Shown: one piece after another, positions 12,541-30,744 of the stretch | Position numbering within the stretch: position 1 is the first letter of the stretch | Layout of the letters: every line of letters begins with the position of its first letter | NCBI GenBank assembly: GCA_951406725.2 | Contig: OX597819.1 | Span: 100,130,001-100,194,000, forward strand | Length of the DNA: 64,000 nt | Origin: Octopus vulgaris | Taxonomy: Eukaryota | Direction: 5' to 3' | Program-made: the position numbers and the translations under genes | Notes under the pieces: model-generated | Databases searched by the model: none | What the model was told of the DNA's origin: nothing | Seen by the model: only the letters and a program-made list of their open reading frames with translations

Positions 12541-14090
12541 CATATATATATATATATATCCTTTGGCAGATCGGTAGATAGGTACATTGATTGATAGATA
12601 TATAGATATTGTTTATTCTTCTATATATTTCTATCGCTCTTCACATGTGTGTTAGTGAAAGGATGGGGGCTTCCATAAAATGCTAGCTGGGTTCAGAGTA
12701 CTCATATGCTGTTTTGAAAATATTCACATATTGGAGGTAAATCGATGACGACGACGACGATGATTATAATTAGCATCATGATCATCGTTATCATCATTAT
12801 CATCTACAACAACAGCCACAGTAAAAGAGGCAGAAGCAGTATGAACATGGTCACAAACGTAGCTGTGGACGCGTTATGTGTAAAGGGCGAGGTGGGCCAT
12901 GCACCGAGCGTATATAACAATAACGGCTTCCTATCTTTGACAGATGAATACAGCAATGGTTGTAAATCAAGACGGAAATAAAGGTATGACATTCTTATAC
13001 TTTGCTGCGAATATTTCAAAACTATTACGGAGAGAACTCGACACACGGACAGAAATACAACGGACGGATAACTTTACATAGCTAACATATAACTGCAAAA
13101 GATTTGTGACGTTATTTTATTGCTACTGTAGTCGTTCGTGTAATTGTTGTTGTTGCTGCTGTCACTACAGACATTATTGCCATCGTCAGGGTGATGGAGG
13201 TGACATAAAATTTGGAGTGCCGAAGTACATGACGTGCAATGTTTACTCCCATCTCTTTCAGGGTTCAAATCCGAATGAGTTCTGGTATGCTATTAATTCT
13301 GTTGGGGTTGAGACCAATGAAATGGGTTTTGTCTTTTATGTGCTAACCTGCAGGAGTTAGCGATCTTGGATAATTTTTACCTCCTCTGTTTTATGCAATA
13401 TTTTAGATAATCGGAAAGGTCTCTTTGTAATCATCCAATAAGAGTGTCAGATATTATCATCTCTCTCTCTTTTACGTCCTTGGTTTCTTCTTTTCCTGGT
13501 TTTTGATTATCCTTAAGTGTCCAAACCCTTGTCTACTCGTATCATGACAAGCTCCAACACATAATGACCACTACAAAACCTGAAGGAATGAAACGAGTAG
13601 CTATCACATATTCATGGAGGTTCTGGTAGTGTTGTCAGTGAACTCAAACAAGGTGGACAAGATCGGAGAGGGATAATAAATATTCTTGTTTTCATTCGAA
13701 TGACGGTCATATAGTAGAATGCATTGTTTGCAGTGTTGATATACGTATTTCCTTTTGTTTCAGGTCAGACCTGGTTCAGAAAAACTATCATCAAAGGCTT
13801 CTTAACAATAACTATCCCGTCTTTTGTCCAGAGATTGCGTATTGATATATTAATATCTCGTATATTGTATATCTACCACGCTATATTCCGCTTTATCTAT
13901 ATATTCCACTATATTTATATATACCACCACATCTACCACTATATATTTTGTATATGCCACTATATGATATCTTGTATACAGTTTATTTAATGGTTTTAAG
14001 ACTATATATAGTATCGTCTATATGGTGTATCTAGAACCATTGTATATCTAGGAATTTAAGGCAGCAGAGGGTGGTTTGAGTCAGATATAG

Positions 14091-14158
14091 CTTCCCAATG
14101 ATAGGAAGATGCGAGATCGAAGGATCAAAAAGCGACATCGCTGCGAACGCTTGGCCGT

Positions 14159-14192
<34 letters not shown>

Positions 14193-14199
14193 TACCTCT
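14091..14199 (-). pseudogene. Isolated 28S rRNA fragment (domain V, peptidyl-transferase region)
   Basis: atgataggaaga..atcgaaggatcaaaaagcgac..gaacgcttggcc..cacaagccagttatccctgtggtaacttttctga is the reverse complement of conserved eukaryotic LSU rRNA, with several substitutions. Confidence 0.9.
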
Positions 14200-14384
14200 C
14201 GGAGGACGCATAGCTCAGTTAAAGTCTTCCTCGCTGGCTACATTTGTCATTATTTCATCCAAAGCTATAATATGCTAATATGTAATTTAAAGAATATTTG
14301 GGTGTTATCTTTTGTAGAGTGAGTGACCAGTTAGGAATTACTTTGGTAGATTACTAAATGTTGTCATCTTTGTAATTATAAATA

Positions 14385-14580
14385 AGGCAACGAACTGATA
14401 GAACCGTTGGAACAAAATGCATAGCGACATTTGTTCCAGATTATTTACATTCTGAGTTCAAACTCCACTGAGGTCACCTTTGCTTTTTATCCTTTCGGAG
14501 ACGATAAATTAAGTAAAGTTTGAGACTTAGGATCAATACAGTCGACTCGCAACTCCGTTTAAAATTATTAGAACTTGTCA
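14385..14580 (+). mobile_element. SINE family B, diverged copy
   Basis: ttctgagttcaaactccactgaggtcacctttgctttttatcctttcgg core. Confidence 0.7.
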
Positions 14581-15296
14581 CCAAATTTTTGTGTGAATAT
14601 AAGTTAGTTTATTAACCACTTTTGTAAATATAAGTTAGTATATTAACAATGCTGTTTGGACACAAGTAACTGCTTTTTGCTGCTCTTGTTGATGTTATTG
14701 TCGATTTTACGCTATTATTATTATTATTGTTATTGTTGGAGTTATTAAAACTATTGCTGTTGCTACTCTTACTATTGTGATTTTGATAACTGTCGGAACT
14801 ATACTACTTGGTTTGATGACGATGACAGCGATGGTGATGACGAGGACGATGACAAAAAAAGACGATAATGATGATAACGATAATTAGGATGTTGTTGCGT
14901 CTGGCCCCCATTGCATGACCACAATGACAACATGACAAAATGGTCAAAGAGCAGGAAATGGCTGTCAAGGGACAATCTGCTTAAACTTGTAGAGGCTATA
15001 TACACCAGAATGTTAGAATACATACGAGATAATTATACATACACACACACATAAACACATATATATATATACACACATTCACACACATGAACACACGCAC
15101 ATATATAAACACACATGTACACATATATACATACATTCATTGAAATATACCTATGTAAATATACGTAGATATGTAGAGACCTACACAAACATACGTACAT
15201 ACATAGGTGTACATGTTTGCATGTATTTGTATATATACATATGTTTGTGTGTGTGTATGTGTATATATATATATATACGTATTATATATGCATATA

Positions 15297-15373
<77 letters not shown>

Positions 15374-16115
15374 AAATATATATGTATCCAACACTTAGTA
15401 CACATACACATATGCATAATGTATAAACAGTGACTTGTTCCTTCGCATATCCACGACTGCAACTGTAAAATCGCTGACATTGAATCATATAAATGTGTGT
15501 GTGTGTGTGTGTATGTGTGTGTGAGAGTGCGTGCGTGTGTATTGTGCGTATTGTGCTAACTTCATAAGGAGTTTCCCTCCACACCTGCTATCTGTCATAA
15601 GTTCGTCTGGTATTTTTTATTCTGGTTTTCTGTCTGTAGAGAAGTGTATCCTGGAGATATAGACCAAATACCTTACTTGCCTCCTAAAATCGACTGCAGC
15701 AACACTTCGAGGAAAATACGATGTATATCTGGGAACGAAGGTATGCCTCAAGAAGCTCAAGTCAGAAAAAAAACTGCGGAAGTGCTGAAATGTAGTAAGA
15801 TAACCTGGGAAGATGAAGTTTAAAACTTTAAACAGTAATGTAACTTCACTCCTCGATGGAACTCAGTTGATCAAATATTTACACTCTGATGTTTTCGATA
15901 GAAATCATGGCTTGTGTTGTTAGTAGAAGATAGCATGCTTGTGAATTCTGAAAAGGTATATGACCCCGAGTCATGGAACGTAATTTGGAGATTTAACGGA
16001 AATTTGAGACAGATTGTTATCTGTATAGATGCCCTTGTGTTTAAGTTCGGGTAAATAGTGATAAACCGAAGCATTTTAACATATGTTCTGGAATTCCCCT
16101 GTACTTTTTCCTATA

Positions 16116-16340
16116 GAGCTGGCAGACACGTTAGCGCGCCGGGCGAAATGCTTCGCGGTATTTCGTCTGTCGTTACGTTCTGAGTTCAAATTCCGCCGAG
16201 GTCAACTTTGCCTTTCATCCTTTCGTGGTCGATAAATAAAGTACCAGTTTCGCACTGGGGGCGATATAATCGACTCATCCCTTCGTCTGTCCTTGTTTGT
16301 CCCTTCTATGTTTAGCCCCTTCTGGGCAGTAAAGAAATAT
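16116..16340 (+). mobile_element. SINE family B
   Basis: Head, core and the tail gtttagccccttctgggcagtaaagaaata. Confidence 0.85.
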
Positions 16341-16779
16341 ATATTCTTTCTATAACATTTATGAGCTGGATTGACATGCCTAACTGGTTGGAAGTGTGAT
16401 CAGAAATGATGAGTATGGAATCAGCCGGCTGGTATGTACAGAAGACATGATATGATGCTGATCGTCACAAAGTAACCTTTAGCATTGACTACATAGGTTC
16501 ACTGGAATTATAATCTATACTGCGAAATCTGAGACATCAGTCCTCTCGAAAATCTCTGGCCAGTGTGTTTTGCACGTTAATAAAAAAATATACTAAAACA
16601 GATGAAGGTCATCACTAGAAAGGCGCTGGCTAAATAAGCAAAATTCGGTGTCTTCGATGACTAGTGTGTTCCTGTAGTTGTGGTCATTAATCTTTAGTGA
16701 GCAAAAGAGTTAGATCACAAGCTACCGGTATTGGGTCAACCAAAAGAGTCATTTCAGTATCATTATTCAATGGATGGAG

Positions 16780-16981
16780 ACGGCGAGCGGGTAGGGTCGT
16801 TAGCATGCCGAGCGAAATACTTCGCGGTATTTCGCCCGTTGCTCGGTTCTGAGTTCAAAATCCTCCGAGGTCGACCTTGCCTTTCACCCTTTCGAGGTCG
16901 ATAAATGAAGTATCAATTGCGTAATAGGGTAGATCTAATCTCCCTCCCTCAAAACTTCAGACCTTGTGCCTATATCAGAAA
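16780..16981 (+). mobile_element. SINE family B followed by (ATT)n
   Basis: Head and core with the alternative tail ccctcaaaacttcagaccttgtgccta. Confidence 0.8.
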
Positions 16982-16996
16982 TTATTATTATTATTA

Positions 16997-17060
<64 letters not shown>

Positions 17061-17149
17061 TGGTGGTGGTGGTGGTGGTAGTGGTGGTGATGTTGTGATT
17101 ATTAGATGATGTAAACTCTTAACTTATGTTGCTCTGTATGATGGACAGT

Positions 17150-17400
17150 GTCAGCTGTCTAAGGTGACACTTGCTTACTGTCATGCTTCAAGAATTCTGC
17201 AAATAATTCTTGCAGCTCCAAGCAATGATGATTTTTGTAGGTCTTCTATCCTTGCATTTATAGCAATCTTTTTGATAGTTGAGTGCTGATACTTCCAAGG
17301 GCACCGATTACTACTGGTATCAAGTCTACTGTCCTCATTGAACACAAACGTCGTATTTCCCGCTTCAAATCGTCGTAGTTATTCAGTTTTGATGACGCCA
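17150..17400 (-). mobile_element. R4/Dong-like LINE extreme C-terminal fragment
   Basis: Reverse-strand translation gives IPVVIGALG and LQKSSLLGAARII, typical RLE-LINE ends. Confidence 0.65.
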
Positions 17401-17870
17401 GACTTCTTCACGTGTTTCAATAATGATTTTACGGTATTTTTTACATACCATCACATTTCGGATTCTATTATCGATATCCAATGTTCGATCTACACAGCTA
17501 TATTCTTCTATATAAGTCACCGATTTAGTTTATATTCAACAATCGTTTCAGTCAATTATAACATTCTTCTATAAAATATTTTGTTTGTTGGACTCTGCCA
17601 TTCTCTTGGATAATATCGATGCTGGTATGGAAGAAGGACATAAAATACATGCCTAAATGGTTTTCATGGTTCACTACACGAATCTTTACCAGAATTGTAC
17701 CACTGATATAACTCACCCTCGGATTCATACTGTCAAAAACAAATGGAAGTATATGTGGTGAAAAAAAAAAGAAGAAACAATTTAACAAGTTACCAAAGAA
17801 TTCCTCTCTAGTTTAAAGATGAGGAAAGGGCATTTTGTTACATATATTTGTTAAAGAACAACACACATTA

Positions 17871-18083
17871 ATTCTGTTGTGTCTGGGGAGAGTAATATTC
17901 TTTTTGTGCCTTATAATATAACACACTCACCGCTAAAATTCAAGAGTCAAAAATTTTGAAAAGGCTGCAAGACGCAACGAAAATTTTAGGAAAATACAAA
18001 GAAGAAAAAAGTGGAAATTTTACCGGTGAGTGTGTTATATTATAAGGCACAAAAAGAAAATGACTCCCCAGAAACAACAGAAT
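17871..18083. mobile_element. Foldback/MITE-like element with ~70 bp inverted arms
   Basis: ttctttttgtgccttataatataacacactcaccg pairs with cggtgagtgtgttatattataaggcacaaaaagaa. Outer attctgttg pairs with caacagaat. Confidence 0.8.
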
Positions 18084-18779
18084 ATGCTTCAACACACGAA
18101 CTCATATAAAGAATCTTGTAAACCAAATCCAAAAAAGAAACACACAAAATATATGAGAAGGCAAAGTTTATATCTTTTAGTTGTGAACATAGAAAATAGA
18201 GCGAGGAATATGAAATTCGTATGGCACATTCGTATGTTATTTCTTTTCACGCCCACCACCACCACTCCATTCTAATGGAAACTACACCTGATTAGTTTAA
18301 GGTGTTTGCATGTGTATTTACATGAAGCCTTACATAGCATAGAGACATATTTATTGGATTCTTTACGGATCCAATGAAAATTCGTTGAAAGTCAGATCTG
18401 TGTTGATACATTTGTGTTTGTGTTTGATACTTTTAGTTATCATTAACACATCAATGATTAAAAGAGGATTAGCGAGAATTTTCAACACTTAGTTTTGTCT
18501 TATAATCTGCGAAAATATTCTGAGTACTGTCAAAGAATAAAGAGCACAATACACACGCGCGCACACGCATACACACGCACGCACGCGCGCGCAATCACGC
18601 GCACACACACACAAAGAAAAAAAAGATAACAACAGCAACGCCAACAAACAAAACAAACCAACAACAACAATTACAGAACAAGAGCAAAAGTAACAAAACC
18701 AATAGAAATATAGCAGCAACAATAAAAACAACTCAACATTAATTGTACCACCACAACTACAACTAGGATTTCCATCCCC

Positions 18780-18953
18780 ACTACCACCATCACCCCACCA
18801 CCATCCTCATTATCATCATCATCATCCTCACCATCATCATAATTATCACCACCATCATCATCATCATCATCACCATCATCACCATCATCATCACCATCAC
18901 CATCGTCACCATCATCGTCATCACCATCACCATCACCATCATCATTATCATCG

Positions 18954-19019
<66 letters not shown>

Positions 19020-19049
19020 CCACCACCACCACCACCATCACCAAAAACC

Positions 19050-19119
<70 letters not shown>

Positions 19120-19147
19120 CCATCATCATCATCATCGTCGTCGTCAT
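18780..19147. repeat. (CAT)n/(CAC)n trinucleotide array
   Basis: Seen directly. It explains the poly-D/poly-M ORFs. Confidence 0.95.
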
Positions 19148-19866
19148 TGTTTACATCGACGTCAGCGATGTAAACAAGAATTATGTTACTGTCACCCACC
19201 ATCGTCGCCATTTCGATGACGAACACCTCCGTTTCGATACGGAACACCACCAGCTTCCTTGCCGAATCTTCACCGCCGCCGCTACCCCCGTCGTCGTCAT
19301 CTGCAGCGTATCGCCTTTGCTGTAGTGTTCGTCACAAACATCATCATTGTCTTCGTCACCTGCGAAAACAATATTATCAACAACATTATTAAAAACTTCC
19401 TCATCCTCATCCCAAAAATCAAAAACCATCACTATCTCTAAGTACATCATCATCATCGTCATCACGAACAACAGCAGCAATAGCAACTTCAACAGCTTTA
19501 CAACGGCGACATTAATAACAACACCAGCAACTAGAATATCAACGACACAAAGAATAACTTGCATTTCGGTAAAATTAAGGAATATCATGACATGGAGATT
19601 ATGGAATTATCGCAATCTCTATGGAAAATTCCAATCTATGCCACGAGTAAAAGATAAGAAATGGCAAAAGAATAAAGAACTTGTACTTGTATGAAGGAAA
19701 TCAAAAGTTTGTCTTAAACATCGCACGCTACTACATCACAAACTTATCCGAGAATATAAGGAAAAATTTTTAAAGTCACACACACATATACACAACAGAT
19801 ATGAAGGTATGAACGTATGTATGTACGTATGTATGTATGTGTATATATATATATATATATATGTAC

Positions 19867-19914
<48 letters not shown>

Positions 19915-19985
19915 TTATATGTACATACATATATATATACATACATACATACATACATATATACATACATACATACATGCATACA

Positions 19986-20102
<117 letters not shown>

Positions 20103-20363
20103 GCGAAGGAAGACAACTCGTTCGGCCATAATTTTTTGGGAGGAATATTTCTTAAACTATCACCAGCGTTCTTGTGTTTTTTAAAAAAAACATTCTTTGC
20201 AGAGCAACTGTTATCGTTTAGAGAAACTGAAGATATGTCTAGTTCGCGCTTTATATAAGAAACCAATGTTTTTTTTCTAAAACTGTTACTTTGCACACAT
20301 ACACATATATATAAACTTAGATATGTAAATACAAATGTGTGTGTATATATATATATGTATATG

Positions 20364-20880
<517 letters not shown>

Positions 20881-20887
20881 ATGTACA

Positions 20888-20982
<95 letters not shown>

Positions 20983-21153
20983 AGAGAGAGAGAGAGAGAG
21001 AAGGGTTATAAGAGGTAATGGTGTCAATAAGGCCCAAAGGTGTCAGGTAATGCTGATTAAGTGCTATGGATAAACCATAGTTAAGCTCCAGGTTCTGTGA
21101 TTATGCGAATAAAGAGTACAACGTAGGTCATATATCAGCATGTGTATATATAG

Positions 21154-21310
21154 TTTTTTTTTTTTTCAGAATGCGATAAAAAAGTCCAAGGCTGTGAATA
21201 TTATAGAACATTTATAAGTAGAGAAAATATAAATCTATTTATAAATGTCATATTTATAGATATTCTAAAATATACACAGCCTTGGCTTTTTATCTCATTC
21301 AAAAAAAAAA
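21154..21310. mobile_element. Short palindromic foldback element with T-run/A-run ends
   Basis: gaatgcgataaaaaagtccaaggctgtgaatatt pairs with aatatacacagccttggctttttatctcattc. Confidence 0.75.
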
Positions 21311-21312
21311 TA

Positions 21313-21344
<32 letters not shown>

Positions 21345-21345
<1 letters not shown>

Positions 21346-21752
21346 GGCGCAGGGGTGACTGTGTGGTAAGTAACTTGCTATCCAACCACATGGTTCCGGG
21401 TTCAGTCCCACTGCGTGGCATCTTGGGCAAGTGTCTTCTGCTTTAGCCCCGGGCCGACCAATGCCTTGTGAGTGGAGTTGGTAGACGGAAACTGAAAAAG
21501 CCTGTCGTATATATGTATATATATATATGTATGTGTTTGTGTGTCTGTGTTTGTCCCCCTAGCATTGCTTGACAACCGATGCTGGTGTGTTTACGTCCCC
21601 GTCACTTAGCGGTTCGGCAAAAGAGACTGATAGAATAAGTACTGGGCTTACAAAGAATAAGTCCAGGGATCGAGTTGCTCGACTAAAGGCGGTGCTCCAG
21701 CATGGCTGCAGTCAAATGACTGAAACAAGTAAAAGAGTAAAAGAGTAAAAGA
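21345..21752 (+). mobile_element. tRNA-derived SINE family A, full length, (AAAGAGT)n tail
   Basis: tRNA-like head with B-box-like ggttcagtccc, CORE-like cttgggcaagt, internal microsatellite, LINE-like 3' end and tandem tail. Confidence 0.9.
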
Positions 21753-21902
21753 TATATATATATATATATATATAAAGAGTAAAAGTACAGGAGAATCAGT
21801 ACAAACCACGTGGTAAAATTATGAGTTAAAAATATGTGGAAAACATTTAAAAAATGGGATCGAAATGCCTTCGTTTCATATAATTTAATATCTATCTATC
21901 TT

Positions 21903-22393
<491 letters not shown>

Positions 22394-22417
22394 TATATAT
22401 ATATATGTATACATATA

Positions 22418-22448
<31 letters not shown>

Positions 22449-22529
22449 TCTTCTTTTATTATTTTGCTTGTTTCAGTCATTGGCTGCACCCATGCTTGAA
22501 CACCACTTTGAATGATTTCAGTCGAACAA

Positions 22530-23610
22530 ATTGACACTAGACTTAGGAAAATATGGCACACGAAACTTCCCTCTTACAATAAAACAATATCCCACAATGC
22601 ATTTGCAGTACCAGTAATGATCCCAACATTTGGGATACTTGATTGGTCTGTAGCGGAAATCCATTCCATAAATATCAAGACCGGCAAAATCCTGACAAGT
22701 TCCAGAGAAACAGTGATTTGACAGGCTCTACCTAAGAAGAAATGAAGGTGGTAGAGGCCTGGGATCAGTGCAGACGGCCTTCGAATGCAGTATGGCATCA
22801 CTCAGGCAGCACCTGCTAAACAACAGCAGCAAAAATAAATATATTAATGCAGTCCTGAAAAGTGAAGTGAGCAACGTTGTACGAGTTGGCAGTGAACCTC
22901 TCAAGAAGCACTCTCTTCCTGATGATCTTCTATACAGCCCCACAACAGCTGGGCTCTCTTACCTCAGAGGGGACCTGGAAGGAAAGCACTCAGCATAGTT
23001 AAAAAGACCATGTATGGGTATGTTGCCCGGAAGCTTGAAGAAGACAGTAGAACTGACACGAAGCGCAGCCTCACTTGTACACAAATTTTGAAGGCTTTGC
23101 GTTTGCAATCCAGGAGCACGAGATTACCACAAAGTACTTGGTGAACAAGAGAGACAGTGACGCTCTTGTAATCCCAAGGTGCAACCGCATGTGTAGGCTA
23201 TGTCATGTTTCTGTGGAAGACAATATGCATGTGATAAGCAGCTGCACTAAGACCTCCCTAAGCTGCACGATGTTATTGATAAAACAATTTACGATGCCAT
23301 CCGCAAAAAAACACTGTCCTGAAATAAACTTAGAAAAGCCTCCGTTATGAAATACATTCAGAAACAACAACTCAGGGAATACTGGTGGAATATTTCCATC
23401 CAAAACTTCTGTCAAATGTAAGCATAACAAACCGGATATTGTTGTTTGGGACAGATAGGCATAGAGGTTTGATGCCATGCAGATATAAATATCTCCTTGA
23501 AAATCAAAGAAAAGAGGATATCTATGGACAACTGCTTCGAAACCTCCAGCTTATAGGAGAACCTGGATATACTGGGGTTATCAGAAAGAGAAAATGACCG
23601 GCTGATTCGT
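22530..23610 (+). mobile_element. Decayed R4/Dong-like RLE LINE
   Basis: HNAFAVPVMIPTFGILDW, EGFAFAIQEHEITTKY, CRLCHVSVED..HVISSC and NKPDIVVWD across frameshifted segments. Confidence 0.85.
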
Positions 23611-24160
23611 ACATTACAAGTGCAATCTGTGAGTGGAACAGTAAAAATGTGCAAGATTTTTCACAAGTGAATTTTTCTGTGTTACCTACATCACAAAGGC
23701 ACAAAGGTGGAGCCTTGTATCTATGATGGCTCCCTCCTCAGTGGCAGATTTATTATAATAATTTTTAAAAAATAGAAGAGACATACATGCATACATAAAT
23801 ACATACAGGTATTGTGCTTTCAGTAGAAAGGATTGTTTGTGATGTTGCCTCATCCGGATCTTATTTTCACTAGGTGTTCAATAGATATATATCCATTGCA
23901 TGATGAATTTCTTCTCTCTTGATTTTCTTCTCTCCGCTCCCTGGGTCATAACCCGCCTCTCCCTCTTGTCTGCTTTCTTCCATTGTTGGAAATAGGTAGA
24001 ATCAAGACCCTGGTAATCCCTGCGAGTAACTCCAGTGATTTCGCGTCACTCTAGCTTGCTTCCACCTTGAGCGACTGCACTGCTATCTGCCTACTTTTGC
24101 CTAGACCTTCTTGTAATACTTCACTTCTGACAAGCTCCACTTCTGAGTTTCTGTACATCT

Positions 24161-24221
<61 letters not shown>

Positions 24222-24844
24222 TATTTTAGTGTATATGTGTGATAATATTTGTATGTCTGTATGGACGTATGTACGCATGTATGCATGTATGTATATATGT
24301 TTGTTGGTATATACGACTGCATATCTATATATCACACTACAAAAGAAAATAGATTGAACGTATCGTCAGAAAGGTGAACTTTAAGCGCATTGTCTTATTT
24401 CTTCTACATTTTAGCTGCGACCAAACAGATGACGAGCTGCACTTTACAATTTACTCAGACAATATCCAACATGGCTTGCCGAGAAGACGACCGCCATGAT
24501 ATCTAATCGGGTTTGGTGGTCTTCAAAAGAAATTTCTACCAGTGCTGAGGCTGGTATAAGTAAACATCGCAATAACATTGCCAACGCTGATCCGAGTACC
24601 ACTTCTAAAGGAAATTAAAATTTTTTAAAAATATGAATTTTTACACATCTATGTATGTGTGGTCAGCGTGTAATTAAGTCATAAATTTTACTACACTCAC
24701 GTTATTAGTTAAATATTTTACATTTACGCTATATGTTTGTGTTTGTATGCTGTTTGTGTCCCTGTAGGTACATGTGAGCGTATCTGTGTTTGTCTATGTA
24801 TGTGTAAGCAACTGAGCGTACATAAACTATCCATTTATCCGTAA

Positions 24845-25085
<241 letters not shown>

Positions 25086-25318
25086 ACGCACACATATGTA
25101 TATGATATATGATATATGTAAATATATATACATATATGCCTATATCTATCAATATATAAGTGAAATATATACATATATACGTGTGTATGCGTGTGTGTGT
25201 GTGTGTATGTGTGTCAAAGTAAGCATTTAAGGAACTTAAAAAGTAGACATGAAAACCCTACGGGGAACGAATGTGTGAGCGCTCAAATAAAGAAACACAC
25301 ATATACGAAGACACACAC

Positions 25319-25358
<40 letters not shown>

Positions 25359-25541
25359 TAGCGACATGCACAGACACAAACACCTACGCATACACTCATA
25401 TAGACACAAATCACATAGAGACATACACACACAACTAGGTGTTTATAGAAAAAAAACCAGCAAATGGGTTGTTTATATATAAAAAAGAATCCATCTAAGT
25501 ATGAAGTGTAAATGGAGATTGCAGGGGAAATATCTTTTAGA

Positions 25542-25603
<62 letters not shown>

Positions 25604-25772
25604 GTATGTAATACACAGCGATGTGGTGTGACTGAGGCTCTACCTTATATTTTCCATCTCTCACCCCAGAAAACTTAATCATAAGCAAACTGCGTTGTTA
25701 TGTTTACATATACACACATGCACATAAAGATAGATGTATACATAATTATATGTAAATACATGTATATATACA

Positions 25773-25847
<75 letters not shown>

Positions 25848-25869
25848 ATATACATATGTATATACATAC

Positions 25870-25915
<46 letters not shown>

Positions 25916-26525
25916 CATATATACATACAAACACGCGCACATATGTTATGTAGATATGCATGTATATGTATATGCATACATATGAAGTCTGAAATTCACT
26001 TCCCAGCCCTCTCCGTTTACACTTCTACTTAGATAAATTCTGTTATATTTTTTCTTTTATAAACACTGCATTTCAGACAACCATAATATGGAAAAAGAAA
26101 CCCAAATAAAATCAAACTTCATTACACACAGTCACACACACGCACTCACACACACATACACACATTCTCACACACATACTTACACACACACACACACACA
26201 CATACACACTCGCAATCACACACATCTACACATACGTAAAACGAATAGAAGAAATTCTGAGGAGCAAGCGAAAACAACAATAATACAAACAACACCTAAA
26301 ATAGGATTTAAAATGACAGTTCAGAATAAAAAAAAAAATGGCGACTTGCCTCTGTAGGGTAGATGTGTGTGGTGATTGATTGAAACGTAAGAAATTGAAG
26401 TGACAAGAATATACGAGATGAAAATTAAATAGCTAGAGACGATAGTAATAAACTCTATATTTTTATGGTGAAATTATATAATTGGTGGTTGTAACAAACT
26501 ATATTACTCAGCCTTGTATATGTGC

Positions 26526-26671
<146 letters not shown>

Positions 26672-27211
26672 GTATGTGTACATATATATATATTTATATT
26701 TATATATTTATGTACATATGTTTATATTTATTGAAAATATATCAGCTTGAAATGTGTTGTAATTCGTACCTTCCAAGCGGCTCATTTCTTTTTGTCCTCA
26801 CTTTTTTCTGTCTCTCTCTCTCCCTTCCTTTCTTTCGCCCTCTCTCTTATTCTTTCTATTTGTCTCACTTTCTCCCTAGTAGCGACTGACTTTCATTGCT
26901 TCTACACATTTTTGCAAACCAACATGTGTATGTTTGAGTGTTTATATGGAAATACAATATATATTTTTTTTCTGCTCACACAAAAATAAGAACAATAATA
27001 TAGCCAACCTAAGAAAAAATATATAGTGAGGGTGTTTTAGTCGAATGAATCGACCCCAGAATTTCTTTCTTTCTAAGCCTAGCACGAGTTTTTTTCGTCT
27101 CTTATGCCGAACAGTTAGGTTATTGGAACGCAAATACACCAAGACCGGTTGTTAAGCGGTAGTGGTGGACAAACACAGACACACGCACATATATATATAT
27201 ATTTTTTTTTT

Positions 27212-27251
<40 letters not shown>

Positions 27252-27257
27252 CATACA

Positions 27258-30165
<2,908 letters not shown>

Positions 30166-30564
30166 AACAAAGAAACTTCATCCACCTCTTATCTATTTAT
30201 CATTCAAAAAGGAGGTAAAATAAAATTAAAATTAAAAATTGAGATACAGTTGAGTAAAAATAAGAATAAGAATTGAGATACAATATATACAATTTAGAAC
30301 ACAATATATACATATATAAATATATATATGCAAAATACAAACATACAATTTGAAATATAATAGATACAATATATATATATACATACACACACGTGTCCAC
30401 AAATACACCTAGTTGAATGGCCGTTGACTACACTGTAGTTCTTTCGGCCTTTGACGGGTCTTGCTTTTTATCCCGCACGATGTCCTACAATCATCCTCCT
30501 CACCAAGCACACCGACGATCCGACCATGTAACAGGTTGTATCAGTAGCGCTCAAGAGCGACCTG

Positions 30565-30630
<66 letters not shown>

Positions 30631-30704
30631 ACACACACACATGTATAAAATACAGAAATATGCTATTCTCAAACGCATGATAATATTAATACAAAAACAT
30701 GAAC

Positions 30705-30744
30705 AGGCGCAGGAGTGGCTGTGTGGTAAGTAGCTTGCTAACCA
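30705..30744 (+). mobile_element. SINE family A, 5' piece (split by insertion)
   Basis: aggcgcaggagtggctgtgtggtaagtagcttgctaacca. The SINE resumes at 32987. Confidence 0.85.

Noticed and set aside
18671-19588. Poly-Asp/poly-Met/Ser-Thr ORFs
   Set aside because: Products of trinucleotide repeats with no complex coding sequence.
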